Positions 48,383-60,670 of a DNA stretch of 64,000 bases are shown piece by piece; the first letter of the stretch is position 1, and every line of letters starts with the position of its first letter. Position numbers and translations under genes: made by a program. The DNA comes from an uncultured Gemmatimonadales bacterium (lineage in GTDB: Bacteria > Gemmatimonadota > Gemmatimonadetes > Longimicrobiales > Gaopeijiaceae): NCBI GenBank assembly GCA_963823035.1, contig CAWGKG010000008.1, positions 117,513 through 181,512 on the forward strand, written 5' to 3'. Under the pieces are notes generated by a model, which saw nothing but the letters and a program-made list of their open reading frames with translations, had not been told where the DNA came from and did no database searches.

Positions 48383-51113
48383 CGTGCGGCCTCGGTCGGC
48401 AGGAGGTGAATGGCGGCGAGGCTACGGCCCTCACCCGCCGGGAAGTGGACGCGCAGGAGGTGCGGAGAGGACGGCGCGCCGGCTCCCGCGACGAGCGTCA
48501 CCTCCGCGCCATCGGCGGCCGACACGCGCGGCGTCCCGCCGTACAGCCGGACGTCGTAGTCGAGGCCGGCTTCCCCCTCCAGCTCGAGGAGCCAGCCGTC
48601 GCCTTCGGCCGTGAAGTCGACCACGCGCACGCCCGTGCTCTGCTGTCCGGGCACGAGCCGGCGCACGGGTGCGGCCACGGAGAGCCCGCCCTGCCAGTAG
48701 GCGTTCACCGTGTAGCTGCCACCTTCCGTGATGCCGGGAAGCGCCTGGGTGAGCGTGCCATCGTGCGGTCCCCAGACGACGTCCGGTGCCTCGCCGGAAC
48801 CGGTGAACGTGCGGCTGTCCGGGGTCGCCTCGCCGACCCCCGCGAACACGGAGCGCGCGCCCAACGGAACGGGAAGCGCGACCTCCAGGTCGATCGGAGG
48901 GCCGTGCGGCTCGACGCGCACCGCGATGCTACCGAGCGCACGAACGATCTCCACGTCGAGGGTGGTCGGCCCGACGCGCAGGTTCGCGACGCGCACGGTG
49001 TCCCAGCCGGGCGGGAGCTGCGGTGCGAGCTTCGCGCGTCGGCCGGGCGCGTCGGGCTCCCACCCGAGCGCGCCCTGCAGCAGCGGGGTGACGAGCATCG
49101 ACGTCGCGAAGAACTGGTGCGGGACGGTCTCGTCCATGGGGCGGTAGTACGCGCCCGAGAAGTTCTCCGGCCAGCGCCCGCGTCCCCAGTCGAAGGCGTG
49201 CTGCTTCACCGCGTCGACCAGGTTGTACGCCGCCCACGGCCGGCGGTAGCGATACTGCCCCCACGCGACGAAGCCGGTCATGAAGTCCCACACCGCGCCG
49301 TTGTTGTAGTGGAGCGGGTCGTAGAGGTCGCTCCCCACCGAGAGGAGGCGCGCGCCCCAGTCGGCCGAAATCGAGTCGGTCGCGAGCTTGCGCAGGGTGC
49401 GCTCGGCGCGTTCGGGCTCCAGGAGCCCGAACGAGAGCGCGGTGCCGGGCCAGGCCGTGAGGTTGTCGTTGGTGCCGCCGCCCTGGAGGATGCCGAAGGC
49501 GTGCTGGTCGTCCTCCGGCCGCCAGTAGCGCTCGTTGAGCGTGTGCAGCGCGGTCGCGCGCAGCTTGCCCGCGCGGTCGGCCAGGCGCCGGTCGTCGAAG
49601 TGGCGCGCCAGCTCGCCGGTGGCTTCGAGCGCGGTGATCCACACCCCCGCCAGGTAGATGTCCTCGTGCAGCCCCTCGCCCAGGCCACCTACCTCGATCG
49701 CACCGTATCCGCCGACCGTGTTCTCGATGATGCCGTCCCCGTCCGTCTCGGCGGTGAGGCACCACGACCACGCCTTCTTGTACGCCGGCCACAGCTCCCT
49801 CAGGACCTCGTCGTTGCCCGACGCCTTCCAGTACTTCCAGAGCGCCACCATCCAGTAGGGCGTCGTATCTGCATGGTAGTAGGGATAGGGGTAGTCCTCG
49901 AACCAGCGGATCTGCCCGGCGGACTGGCTGATCTCGTGCGGGATCTTCCCGTCCTTGCGCTGATACTTCGCGAGGAAGCGGAGGTCCTCGGCCACGAGGC
50001 CCCACTGGCCGACGGCGTCCATCGCGAGCGAGTTGATGGCCGCGTCACCTCCGAAGAACCATCCGAAGCCCGGGCGGGCGCTGGCGCCGCTCGTGCCCCA
50101 GCCCGCGACCAGCCCGCAGCCGAGGTCCGGGTTGCAGACGCGCTGCTCCTCGAGGTTGACCTCCGCCCACGCGAGGGCGAGGCCGAGCGCGGGGTCCGGC
50201 GCGTCGATCGAGGTGACCGTGGCGAGCGTGGAGTCGGCCCACGCGCGGCTCTCCCGGTAGAGGGCAGGGGCGTCGCGCAGCAGGGCGTCGTAGGCGGCGA
50301 AGACCGAGTCGCGCGACATCGTGCCCGCCGCGATCGCGATCGGCACGAACTCGCCGCGGGCCCGAGCCGTGTCCACCGGGATGACGAACGTCGCCGGGGC
50401 CTCGGAGAGCATGTGCGCCGGATGCGCCTCGCCCTCGGCGGGCCAGGAAGTGCCGATGACGGCGTTGCGGCGCTGCAGGCTCTCGCTCAGCACGAACGCC
50501 TCGTGATCCTGGTCCCAGAACGCGTACTGGCCGCCGAAGGCCGCCGGCCAGGCGTACTGGAGCACGGGATGGAACTGCACGAGCACGTCCATCGGCTCGA
50601 AGGTGTCGATCTCGAGCAGCACGAGGAGACCCGCGCGGTCGCGCGGCGCGAGGATGTGCTCCTTCACGGTGAACGTCATGTGGCTGTACGTGATCGTGGT
50701 GGCCTCGGGGCGCACCTCGATGCTCGTGGCGACGTTCGTGCCGCGCACCGGCTCGCGGTACTGCGGGATCTTGAAGGAGAGCTGGAAGTCGGTGACCAGC
50801 TTGAGCGGATGCACCCACAGCTCGGCCTCTCCGGTCTCGCGTCCGAGCCAGGCGCTCCGCGGGCCGGTGACGCCGAGGTACTGGCCGGGCCGGACGTCGT
50901 AGACGAGGGAGATCGGGGAGGATGCGACGTCGAAGCGCTCGATCGGAGGAAGGGCGGACGCTTCGGGGACGTCCGTCCGTCCGACCTGCGCGCCGAGGGG
51001 CGCCGTGGGCCGCGAGGGCCAGGGCGGCCAGCGCGCTGGCGACCCCGTGCGACCCGATCGGAGGGAGGGGGGTGGGCGGGCGGTGGCGATCGACGTGGGC
51101 GGAGGAGGCTCAT
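48379..51113 (-). CDS. secreted amylo-alpha-1,6-glucosidase / glycogen debranching-like (alpha/alpha)6 glycosidase; frameshifts in the signal region (about 50990-51080)
   Basis: RPGFGWFFGGD, DGKIPHE, ADTTP, YNNGAVW; the frame extends upstream of 50814 through GEAELWVHPLKL and a signal peptide. Confidence 0.82.
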
Positions 51114-51251
51114 GGCGTGTCCTTCCCGGGGACGACCACGCGGACGGGGCCGGCCTCGGCGGGTAGGGTGTCGTGGTCGTGTTCGGTCAGGGGCACGAGT
51201 ATCCTCCCGGTCCGCGGTGTCCGTGGCGGGCGTGACGTGCGCACCGGCCGC

Positions 51252-52154
51252 TCATCGGAAACCCTCCATCTGGATTCCCTGGACGAAGTAGCGCTGCGTG
51301 AAGAGAAAGAGAATCACGATGGGCAGCACGGCCGTGACGCCGGCCGCCATCTGGTAGGGCCAGTTGACCTCGTACGTGCCGTGGAAGGACGCGATGCCGA
51401 CCTCGACCACGCGCATGGACATCGAGCGGGTGGCGAGCAGCGGCCAGAGCAGGTTCTTCCAGGCGTCGATGAAGGCGAACAGCCCGAGCGTGGCGAGCGC
51501 CGGCCGCGCCAGCGGGACCGAGACGCTCCAGAAGATCCGCCACGGCCCCGCCCCATCGATGCGTGCGGCGTCCTCCAGCTCCGGGGGGACCGTGCGGAAG
51601 TACTGGCGCATGAGGAAGATCCCCCACACCGAGACCAGCTCGGTCGAGACGAGGCCCTGGTAGCTGTCCACCCACCCCAGCGCGTCGATGAGGAGGAAGC
51701 GGGGGATGAGGACGACGACCGCGGGGACCATCATCGTCGACAGGAAGAGGAGGAAGATGCGGTCCCGCCCGCGGAAGTCGAGGCGGGCGAAGGCGTAGCC
51801 GGCCGTGGCGGCGGTGAAGAGCTGCCCGGTGACGACGCAGGTGGCGAAGACGGTCGAGTTGACGAAGAAGCGCCAGAAGGGCTGTGCCGTGAGGGCGTTC
51901 GGGTAGTTCTCCCAGCGCGGGGTGTCGGGGAGGAGGTGGGGGGGATAGCTGAACACCTCGAGCTGGCCCTGCAGGGAGGTGACCGCCATCCACAGGAAGG
52001 GCGCCGCCATGGTCAGGGCGGCCAGCGCCGTGGCGACCCAGGCGAGGACGCCCAGCGTGGCGGGGGAGGAGGAGCGGCCACGGCGCGCCGGCGCGCGGCT
52101 CCCGCCCCCCCGGGGGCCTCCGGCCCCCCCCGCCGAGAAGCTGCCCCCCGTCAT
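51252..52154 (-). CDS. carbohydrate ABC transporter permease (MalG-like)
   Basis: AGYAFARL, ELEDAARIDGA, QRYFVQGI; ATG 52154. Confidence 0.92.
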   Translation of the reverse strand: MTGGSFSAGGAGGPRGGGSRAPARRGRSSSPATLGVLAWVATALAALTMAAPFLWMAVTSLQGQLEVFSYPPHLLPDTPRWENYPNALTAQPFWRFFVNSTVFATCVVTGQLFTAATAGYAFARLDFRGRDRIFLLFLSTMMVPAVVVLIPRFLLIDALGWVDSYQGLVSTELVSVWGIFLMRQYFRTVPPELEDAARIDGAGPWRIFWSVSVPLARPALATLGLFAFIDAWKNLLWPLLATRSMSMRVVEVGIASFHGTYEVNWPYQMAAGVTAVLPIVILFLFTQRYFVQGIQMEGFR

Positions 52155-53984
52155 CGGGCGACTCCATCGCTGGATGCGAACGCTCCGCGCCGGTCCACGG
52201 AGGCCGGCGCAGGCACCTGCTGCACCCGCCCGCGCTCCAGCAGTCGGAAGTGCATCCACGTCACCACGAAGATCACCGCGAACAGCACCCAGCTCTGCGC
52301 CGCCGCGTTGCCGAAGCGCAGGAACTCCCACGCCTCCTTGTAGATGTGGTAGACCGCCACGTCGGTGGCACCGAGCGGCCCGCCCTCCGTCATCACGTAC
52401 ACGGCGCCGAAGATCTGGAAGGAGCCGATCACCGACGTCACCAGCACGAAGAAGAGCGTATGCCTCAGCCCGGGCAGCGTGATGTGCCAGAAGCGCCGCC
52501 ACACCCCCGCGCCGTCGATGCGCGCGGCCTCGTACAGCTCCTCGGGGATGGCGGCCAGCCCGGCCTGGAAGAGCACCATCTGGTAGCCGACCACGAGCCA
52601 CACCGAGAGGATCATGATCGACAGGAGCGCCGTGCGCGGCGACGTGAGCCAGCGCACGGGCGCGATGCCCACGAGCCCGAGCAGCCAGTTCAGGATCCCG
52701 TAGTCGGCGTTGAGGATCCACTGCCAGACGATGGCGATGGCCACGAGGCTCGTGATCGACGGCAGGAACAGGGCGGCACGCACGAGGACCAGGCCGCGGG
52801 TGCGTCGGTGCACCAGGAGCGCGAAGCCCAGCGCGAGCGCCATCGCCACGGGTACGTGCAGCGTCAGCACGGCCGTGTTGCCGAGCGCCCGCCAGAAGGA
52901 GGCGTCACCCAGGAGCGCCACATAGTTGCCCACACCGACGAAGGGGCGGGCGACGTCGACGAGGTTCCAGCGGTGCAGCGACAGCCAGGCGGCGAACGCC
53001 AGCGGCCCGATCGTGAAGATGGCGAGGTGGACCGCGGCCGGGCGCCAGGAAGCTCCACGCCCACAGGTTGCGGCGGAGCGCCCTGGGCGTACCGGCCAGG
53101 GGGACGAGCGAGGCGGGAAGGCCGGCCAGCAAGAGGCCGGCGAGCGCGATGGCCACCATCGGCGCGAACGGGTTCTCCGTGTGCTCGAGCGGCACCTCGC
53201 TCAGGCGGAAGGACCCCTCGTCGCGGAGCGCGTAGGGAACTTCGTCCACCTCGACCCTCCCCGGTGGCGGCGCCGGCTCCGCGGCCAGGGCGTCGGCCGT
53301 CTCGGGGAGGAGCGTGGTCGCGGTGACCGACCCGCGGAGGTCACGCTGGAGGAGCGGGAGCCCGGTGACGCGTGCGATGGTGCCGGGCGCCGCGGCGTGC
53401 GCGTCGTCGTACCCGCTGGCGCGCAGTGCGTCCGATGCGCTCTCCAGGCGGAGGTCGGTCAGGGCCGTCAGGCGACCCCGGGCCCAGAGCTGACAGCTCG
53501 CGAGCGGCACGGCGAGCGCGCCCGCCGCGAGGAGCGCGCCGACCCGGCGGCGTCCCGGTGCCGTCAGGAGTGCGGCCGCGTAGGCCAGCCCAACGGAGGC
53601 CACGAGCGCGAGGAGGCCGAGCCAGAGCGGAAGGCCGAACGACGTCTCCGGGCGGCGCGTCAACGTCAGCGTGCCCACCACGTCCCACCCGTCCGCGTCG
53701 TAGAGGGCGGCCCTCGCCCGCTCGCCCCGCACGACGGGACGATCCAGTCCCGCCTCGATGCGGCTGTCCATCTCGAGGCGGTCGCCGAAGAGCGCCCGCG
53801 CACGCGCGGCGTCGGCGACGCTCACCAGCGCCGCGGCCGAGGACGCCTCCGCCTCGAGCACGGCGTCCGACGCGGTCCGCACCGACGACACCGCCGTGCG
53901 CAGGAGGAGCACGAGCGCGAGGGCGAGGGCCGCGAAGGCGCTCGCGCCCAGCGCCCGGCGCGTGCGCGCGGGTCCGGGGGTCAT
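52151..53984 (-). CDS. carbohydrate ABC transporter permease (MalF-like) with long N-terminal membrane/periplasmic extension; frameshift near 53040
   Basis: ELYEAARIDGA in ORF 52151..52933; preceded by ..WAWSFLAP and about 300 extra residues from ATG 53984, which overlaps the SBP stop. Confidence 0.85.
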
Positions 53985-55258
53985 CGGGCGAGCACCCGGT
54001 CCACCTCCGACGCCACCTCGGAGGCCGTCTCCTCGATCGGGTCGCCCCGCAGGAGGTGGCGGTCCATGATCTGGAAGGTCAGCTCCTCCACCTCGTAGAA
54101 GTCGCGCACCCGCGCGCCCCAGGTCACCCGGCCGTCCGACACCTGGCGCAGGAAGGCGGCCTCGATCCCGGTGCTGTCGCCCGCGGCGACCTCTTCCGCC
54201 ACGTCGCGGAAGGCGGGGATGCCCAGGCGCGTCGAGGCCCGCATGCGCTGCGCCTCCTCCGAGCCGAGCCAGGCGGCGAGCTCCACCGACAGCCGCCGGT
54301 GCGGCGCGTTCGCGGGCACGGCCCACCCCGAGGCGTACAGGACGGTGGCGGGCTCCGCGGACGCCAGGTGCGGGATCGGGGCCACGCCCAGGCGCAGCCC
54401 GGCCGCGGCCATGTTCCCCGTGAGGAGCTGGAGCGTCCAATGCCCGGAGAGGAGCATCGCCTGGCCTCCGGTGGCGAAGCGTGCCTCCCGCGCGGGGTCC
54501 CCCGTCTCCAGGAAGTGGACGCCGGGCGTGACGTGCGCCGCCGTGACCAGGTCCGTGAGGAAGGTGAACGTGCGCACCGTGGCCGCCGAGTCGAGGTAGC
54601 CCGTGGCGCGCCGTCCGTCGGGGCTGAGGATGTCGGCGCCACCGGACCAGACCCACGGGATCCACTGGTAGAGGTTGCGCGGGAAGTCGATCGCGTACAC
54701 GTCCGTGCGCCCGTCGCCGTCCACGTCGCGCGTCAGCCGGCGCGCCTTGGCCAGGAACTCCTCCCGCGTCCACCCCTCGGCGCCGGGGGGCGCCACCCCG
54801 AAGCGATCGAACACGCCGAGGTTGAGGTAGAGCACCATCGGCGTGAAGTCCTTCGGGAGCGCGAAGACCCTGCCGCCCCGCTCGAAGCCCTCCATCACCT
54901 GGGGGAAGACCCGACCGGGGTCGTACCCGGCGCGCGCGAGGTAGGGGGTGAGGTCGAGCGCGAGGCCGCGGTCGAGGATCGTCGGGATGTCGGGCCCGTC
55001 CAGGAGGAAGACGTCGGGCGGCGAGCCGGAGGCGATCGACGTGAGGAGCTTCTCGTCGTAGTTCGTCACCACCGATTCGACCACCACCCGCACGCCCGGG
55101 TGGTCCGCCGCGAAACGGTCGGCGATGGCCTGCTCCGTGGTGACCTCGTAGTCGCCCGCCCAATGCAGGACGCGCAGCGTCACCGCCTCCTGGGCGCTTC
55201 CGGCGCAGCCGGCGAGTGCCACGGCGGTCAGGCAGGCGAGGGCACGACGGCCGCTCAC
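53981..55258 (-). CDS. carbohydrate ABC transporter substrate-binding lipoprotein
   Basis: Lipobox LAGC; PPDVF, ALPKDF, LYLN, SGWAV. Confidence 0.92.
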   Translation of the reverse strand: MSGRRALACLTAVALAGCAGSAQEAVTLRVLHWAGDYEVTTEQAIADRFAADHPGVRVVVESVVTNYDEKLLTSIASGSPPDVFLLDGPDIPTILDRGLALDLTPYLARAGYDPGRVFPQVMEGFERGGRVFALPKDFTPMVLYLNLGVFDRFGVAPPGAEGWTREEFLAKARRLTRDVDGDGRTDVYAIDFPRNLYQWIPWVWSGGADILSPDGRRATGYLDSAATVRTFTFLTDLVTAAHVTPGVHFLETGDPAREARFATGGQAMLLSGHWTLQLLTGNMAAAGLRLGVAPIPHLASAEPATVLYASGWAVPANAPHRRLSVELAAWLGSEEAQRMRASTRLGIPAFRDVAEEVAAGDSTGIEAAFLRQVSDGRVTWGARVRDFYEVEELTFQIMDRHLLRGDPIEETASEVASEVDRVLAR

Positions 55259-56374
55259 CGGTGGGTTCGCCTCCCGAGCGTGCCGAGACGCAGTCCGCTC
55301 TCGGCGTCGAAGAGGTGCGCGCGCTCGACGCGGATGCGGAGCGAGACGCGTTCTCCGACGCGCACCGGGTGGTCGGACGGCGTTCGGGCGATCCAGGGCA
55401 CCTCGCCCGGCCCCGGCACGTGCATCAGGATCTCACTGCCGAGCGCCTCGACCCGCTGCACCTCGGTATCGAGATGGCCGGTGCCGGCGCCCGGTGGCGC
55501 CACCTCGAGATCCTCGGGGCGGACGCCCAGCACGACCGCGTGGCCGCGTTCGGAGTCCGCGGGGCCGATCTCGCTCACGCTGCACGGGAGCGTGAGGCCC
55601 CACCCGACGAAGGTGGCGCCGGAGCCGTCGTCGCCCACGAAGCCCTGCGCGGTGTTCATCGTGGGCGAGCCGACGAAGCGGGCCACGAAGAGGCTGGCAG
55701 GCTCGCGGTAGACGTCGAGCGGGGAGCCGACCTGCTGCAGCACGCCGTCGTCGAGGATCGCGATGCGCTGGCCGAGCGACATCGCCTCGACCTGGTCGTG
55801 CGTCACGAAGATCATCGTCGTGCCCAGGCGACGGTGCAGCCCCGCGATCTCGTCGCGCATCTCGGCGCGCAGGCGCGCGTCGAGGTTCGACAGCGGCTCG
55901 TCGAAGAGGAACACGGCCGGCTCGCGCACCATCGCGCGTCCGAGCGCCACGCGCTGACGCTGCCCGCCGGAGAGCTGCCCGGGCCGCCGGTCGAGCAGCC
56001 GGTCCAGCCCCAGGAGGGACGAGGCCCACGCCACCTTGCGGACCACCTCCTCGCGCGCCGTGCGCCGCATGCGCAACCCGAAGGAGAGGTTCTGGCGCAC
56101 GGTCATGTGCGGGTAGAGCGCGTAGCTCTGGAAGACCATCGCGATGTCCCGGTCGGCCGGCTCGACGCCGTCGACGCACCGCTCCCCGATCCACACCTCG
56201 CCCGTCGGAGGGCTCGGCCACCCCCGCGATCATGCGCAGCACCGTGCTCTTGCCGCACCCCGAGGGTCCGAGCAGGACGAGGAACTCACCCTCGTCGATG
56301 TCGAGATCGAGGGGCTGGACGGCCACCACCTCACCGAAGCGCTTGGTCAGCCCGCGCAGCGAAACGCCTACCAT
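55255..56374 (-). CDS. carbohydrate ABC transporter ATPase (MalK/UgpC-like); frameshift near 56200
   Basis: [46 protein letters not shown]. Confidence 0.93.
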
Positions 56375-58665
56375 GCGATCTCCAGCGGCGTGCCGACGGT
56401 GGTGCGGTGCACGGCGTCGTCGATGCGCGCCTCCACGTCGTCGCCACGGACGCGCACGTCCACCTCGTGCCCCCGCAGGCGCGCCCGGAGGCGTGCCTCC
56501 TCGAGGCCCATCGGCAGCGGATGGATGCGCAGCGCCTTCCCGCCCGGCTCCACGCCGCACACGCCGCGGGCGAGGAGGTCGAGGACCCAGGAGTGCTGGT
56601 AGTCGTCGATCCCGCGGAAGACGCAGGCGTGCCCGGTGCGCGGGTTGTAGTGCTCGTAGCAGTTGGGGCGCGCGAGGTCGCCGTCGTGGTACATCATGCG
56701 AACGAAGCGCGACAGGAGGTGCGCGGCGGCCGGGCCCGCCCCCGGCCGCCCGCGGTGCCACTGGCGGATCAGCCCCTCCACCACGTGGCTGTTCGTCATC
56801 GGCCACACCCGCCCGTTCCACGGGCAGTTGTGCCGCTTCCCCTTCCACAGCCCCTCGGCGCTGAACAGCGGGTCGCCCACGGAGGAGGAAGGCAGGGGGT
56901 ACTCGGTCGCGAAGCTCTCGGGATCGCCGAGGTGGTCGAGCAGGCGCGCGACCTGCACGTCGGCGAGGAGGTCGGTGAGGAGGGGGTAGAAGCACACCGC
57001 CGCCTTCACGCCGGTACGCGCACCGGTGGCGCCGTCCACGTCGGAGAAGATGCCGGCCTCCTCGTCCCACATCGCGTCGAGGATCGCCCGCCCCACGTGC
57101 TCGGCGCGGGCCGCCCAGGCCACCTCCTCGTCGCTCCGCCCCAGGCGCCCCGCCATGACGGTGAGCCCGCGCAGGAGCTGGTACGTGTACACGGTCACGT
57201 CCACGCCCTTCAGGCGCAGGCGGGGCTCCCACTCGGTCACGTCGGACGCGGCGTCCACGGCCACGTAGCGCGACATGTACTCCTGGCCGGTCTCGTAGTG
57301 GTTCACCACCGTGATCATCCCCGAGTCCTCGGGGTCGCGCTCGCGGCGCAGCCAATCCGCATAGCGCCCGAGGCCGGCGTACGCGGTCTCCAGGAAGTCC
57401 GGGTCCGGGTGGAGAGCGTCCACCGCGAGGGCCGCGTCGGCCCAGTTGGCGTGGTAGAAGTCCTCCCCCGTCTCGTGGTTCACGTACAGTCGTCCGGGGA
57501 GCGAGCCGTCGGCGCGCTGCGCCGCGAGGAAGTTGAGAAGCGAGCCGTGCGCGACGTCGGGGTCGGTCGCCCAGCGCGTCTCCATCATGTGGCACTGGGC
57601 GGAGTAGGTGATGGGGAGGTGGAAGTACTCGGGTCCCTCGGCCACTGCGGGCCAGGGGATGCGACCCGCGCCGCCCTCGATACGGTTGAGGTGCAGGCCG
57701 TAGGCACGGTAGTCGAAGTAGCGCTCGATCCACGGGTCCGAGCAGGAGAACCGCGGATAGGAAGCGAGCGCGTCCGCCCAAGGGCGCGCGGCGTGCTCGG
57801 GGAAGGGATCGGAGGGGAGCGCCGACTCGCCGGCCGGCCCGACCCCCTCGGGCACGACCGTGAGGACGAAGGCCACTTCGGTGGCCGGGGGTGGAGCCAC
57901 CGCGACGTGCACCCAACCCCGGTCGGAGACCCCCTCGAGCGAGAGTCGCCAGGACGGCGTGAAGCCACCCTCCGCGCCCAGCATCTCCACGAAGGGCGTG
58001 GTCGCCCACTCGGGATCCGCGGCACCCTCGGAGCGGAGCGCGGCGCACTCCGCGCGCGGCATCTCCTTCGCCACGGACTCGGCCGGAACGACCGCCTCCA
58101 GGAGGACGCCGACGTCGAGCGTCTGCGCCTTCCTGTCCCGTAGCGTCGTCGTCCAGCGCGCCCCTGCCTCCGTGCGCTCCAGCGCGCGCATGTCCTCGCC
58201 CGGCACCGCCGTGAAGGCGACGAGCTTCGGAGCCTCGGCCCCCTCGCGCGCCGGGAAGGCGGCCGGGCCGACGCTCCACGCCGAACAGAACCGGCCACCC
58301 GGGAGGACGTAGCGGCGCTCGGTCAGTTCCGCGCCCGACGGCGACCGCCAGCGCACCTCGAGCCGGTCCGGACGCCAGTCGCGCGAGACGGCCACCAGCG
58401 GCCGGGCGCGGCCGTCCGGGTCCACGAGCGCAACGGAGAAGAGCGGGCCCAGCGGGTAATGGTAGACGTGGGCGGGGTCCCAGAAGCCGGGCCGGTGGAG
58501 CCAGCGGGGGAAGGGGGGCGCCCACAGGAAGCCGTCCCCCGCGGAGAGGAACCACTTGTCCGGGCGGGACAGCGCGCGCAATCGGGCGAGCCCGTCGAGT
58601 CCGCCCGGGGGCGAGGCGTCCGGCGGTGCCTCGGCGTCGGCTCTCGCCGCGACGTCGTCGCTCAA
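56368..58665 (-). CDS. GH63/MGH1-like (trehalase-like) glycoside hydrolase
   Basis: [41 protein letters not shown] 58665 overlaps the upstream stop. Confidence 0.8.
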   Translation of the reverse strand: MSDDVAARADAEAPPDASPPGGLDGLARLRALSRPDKWFLSAGDGFLWAPPFPRWLHRPGFWDPAHVYHYPLGPLFSVALVDPDGRARPLVAVSRDWRPDRLEVRWRSPSGAELTERRYVLPGGRFCSAWSVGPAAFPAREGAEAPKLVAFTAVPGEDMRALERTEAGARWTTTLRDRKAQTLDVGVLLEAVVPAESVAKEMPRAECAALRSEGAADPEWATTPFVEMLGAEGGFTPSWRLSLEGVSDRGWVHVAVAPPPATEVAFVLTVVPEGVGPAGESALPSDPFPEHAARPWADALASYPRFSCSDPWIERYFDYRAYGLHLNRIEGGAGRIPWPAVAEGPEYFHLPITYSAQCHMMETRWATDPDVAHGSLLNFLAAQRADGSLPGRLYVNHETGEDFYHANWADAALAVDALHPDPDFLETAYAGLGRYADWLRRERDPEDSGMITVVNHYETGQEYMSRYVAVDAASDVTEWEPRLRLKGVDVTVYTYQLLRGLTVMAGRLGRSDEEVAWAARAEHVGRAILDAMWDEEAGIFSDVDGATGARTGVKAAVCFYPLLTDLLADVQVARLLDHLGDPESFATEYPLPSSSVGDPLFSAEGLWKGKRHNCPWNGRVWPMTNSHVVEGLIRQWHRGRPGAGPAAAHLLSRFVRMMYHDGDLARPNCYEHYNPRTGHACVFRGIDDYQHSWVLDLLARGVCGVEPGGKALRIHPLPMGLEEARLRARLRGHEVDVRVRGDDVEARIDDAVHRTTVGTPLEIAW

Positions 58666-59939
58666 CGGACCGACCCGAAGGCACCCACGAAGCGCGAGTC
58701 CCGCAGCGCGGGGAGCGCCGCGAGGCGGTGGGCCAGCGGCGCGACCCGCGTGCGGAACGCCTCGGCGTCCAGCGTGTCGTCGAGCGGCCACGGCCCCGGC
58801 TGGCGCACGTCCCACGCCAGGTTGCCCTCGATCGTGAAGCCGTCGGGAACGGCGTGGCGCGCGATGGGCCGCTGGAAGCAGTACGGGTCACCGGAGTCGT
58901 AGCGCTCGTCCTGCCCCGTGCGCACGAAGACGTTGCCGACGAGGGCACCGGGCCCATCGATGGGGACCGCGGCGAGCGTCGCGTGGGCCGCGGCGTCGGG
59001 CGTCCACGGCACGGACCGATCCACGATCGCTCCGCACGCGCCCGTCTCGAAGACCGCGTTGTCGGCGATGCGGGCCACGGGGCGCCCCCCGTCCGGCCCC
59101 CAGTAGGCGAGCCCCCAGGTGAGGACGTCCTCGACGACGTTCTCGGAGATCGCGGCGCGCGCGTCCACGAAGACGCCGATCCCCTTCCAGTAGCGCGTGA
59201 CCAGGTTTCCGCGGATGTCACCCTGGGCGTTCCACGTCAGGCCGATGCCGACGCCGCGCCCGCCGCCCATCTGGGCGCCGCGCGCCTTGTCCACCCCGTC
59301 CACGACGTTGTCGCGCGCGACGATGCGCGCGTCCCGGTAGGCGGTGATCCCGTCCCACGAGTTCCGCTCGATCCGGCAGCCGCGCACGGTGGCGTCGCCC
59401 CGCTCCCGCACCACGACCCCCATGATCCCGACCACCACGGTGTGCACGGTGGCCGAGTCGCCCAGATTGTCGCGGACGATGCAGTCCGAAACGGTCACGC
59501 GGCCGTTGCGGATCACGATGCCCGCGTCGGCGGCGCGGCCGTCCGGGTCGCGCACCCCGTCGGTCACGGTGACGTGCTCGAGGGCGCAGCCGTCGCATCC
59601 GTCGAAGAGCACGCCGTAGCCGGCGTGCGTGTGCAGCACCACCTCCATGGCCGAGGTGCCGGAGAGGGTGATGCTGTCGCCCGTGATGAGCAGGCCGCGC
59701 GTGGCCGGCACGTCCTCGCTCGCGTCCTGGCAGTTGCCGCAGGTCGAATCGGTGAAGGGGACCGCCTCGAGGTGGTAGTCGCCCGGCGCGAGCCGGACGA
59801 TCGCGGGGCCGCGCAGCGTGTCGAGGAGGGCGCGCAGGTCGGCGCCCGGCGCGACGGAGATCGCGGGCGGTCCGCTCTCGCCCGCGCAGGCGGCGAAGAG
59901 GACGAGCGCGGCGAGGGACGAGGGGGCTCGGCTTCGCAT
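58662..59939 (-). CDS. right-handed parallel beta-helix lipoprotein (pectin lyase-like fold)
   Basis: Lipobox FAAC; LAPGDY, repeated I/V-x-x-N-x-I/V and GI-x-V turns; ATG 59939. Confidence 0.8.
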   Translation of the reverse strand: MRSRAPSSLAALVLFAACAGESGPPAISVAPGADLRALLDTLRGPAIVRLAPGDYHLEAVPFTDSTCGNCQDASEDVPATRGLLITGDSITLSGTSAMEVVLHTHAGYGVLFDGCDGCALEHVTVTDGVRDPDGRAADAGIVIRNGRVTVSDCIVRDNLGDSATVHTVVVGIMGVVVRERGDATVRGCRIERNSWDGITAYRDARIVARDNVVDGVDKARGAQMGGGRGVGIGLTWNAQGDIRGNLVTRYWKGIGVFVDARAAISENVVEDVLTWGLAYWGPDGGRPVARIADNAVFETGACGAIVDRSVPWTPDAAAHATLAAVPIDGPGALVGNVFVRTGQDERYDSGDPYCFQRPIARHAVPDGFTIEGNLAWDVRQPGPWPLDDTLDAEAFRTRVAPLAHRLAALPALRDSRFVGAFGSVR

Positions 59940-59983
59940 GCCGGCAAAGTACCCGGCGACGATGGGCGCCGCGAGGAGTGCCC

Positions 59984-60670
59984 TCAGCGGCCCGCGACGG
60001 CCCGGGCTCGCGCCCAGATCGCGTCGAACATCTCCTCGGTGAGGGTGCCGGTGAAGGTGTTCTGCTGGCTGGGGTGGTAGGAGGCGATCAGGAGGGGGCC
60101 CCCGTCGAGCGGGACCTCGACGCCGTGGCCGAACTTCGGGCGCGGCGTGGGGATGGCCACGCCCCGCCCGCCCAGGATGCGCAGCGTCTGCGTCCACGCG
60201 AAGCCCCCGAGCACCACGATGGCCCGGACGGCGGGGAGGAGGTCCAGCTCCGCCTCGAGCCAGGGGGCGCACGCGTCGCGCTCGTCCGGCGTGGGCTTGT
60301 TGGCCGGAGGGGCGCAGCGCACGGCGGCCGTCACGAAGCAGTCGGTGAGGCGGAGACCGTCGCCGCGGCGGGCTGAATCCGGCTGGTTGGCGAGGCCCGC
60401 GCGGTGCAGTGCGCGGTAGAGCCAATCGCCGGAGCGGTCCCCGGTGAACATCCGCCCGGTGCGGTTGGCGCCGTGCGCCGCGGGCGCCAGGCCGACCACG
60501 AGCACCCGTGCACGGGGATCGCCGAAGCCGGGCACGGGGCGTCCCCAGTAGGTCTCTTCGCGGAAGGCGGCTCGCTTGTCGCGCGCGACGTCCTCCCGCC
60601 AGCGTACCAGGCGCGGGCAGCGGCGGCAGCGGGTGACGCGGGCTTCGAGCCGCTCGATCTCAGAGGCCGT
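59984..60670 (-). CDS. udgB: uracil-DNA glycosylase family 5 (4Fe-4S); putative ACG start
   Basis: [37 protein letters not shown]; the frame extends upstream through CRRCPRL to ACG 60670, 6 nt after GGAGG. Confidence 0.9.
   Translation of the reverse strand, partial: TASEIERLEARVTRCRRCPRLVRWREDVARDKRAAFREETYWGRPVPGFGDPRARVLVVGLAPAAHGANRTGRMFTGDRSGDWLYRALHRAGLANQPDSARRGDGLRLTDCFVTAAVRCAPPANKPTPDERDACAPWLEAELDLLPAVRAIVVLGGFAWTQTLRILGGRGVAIPTPRPKFGHGVEVPLDGGPLLIASYHPSQQNTFTGTLTEEMFDAIWARARAVAGR

Noticed and set aside
51110..51255. Small ORF between the MalG-like gene and the glycosidase, with ATGA overlaps at both ends if one indel is assumed
   Set aside because: Needs an assumed frameshift and has no recognisable motif.
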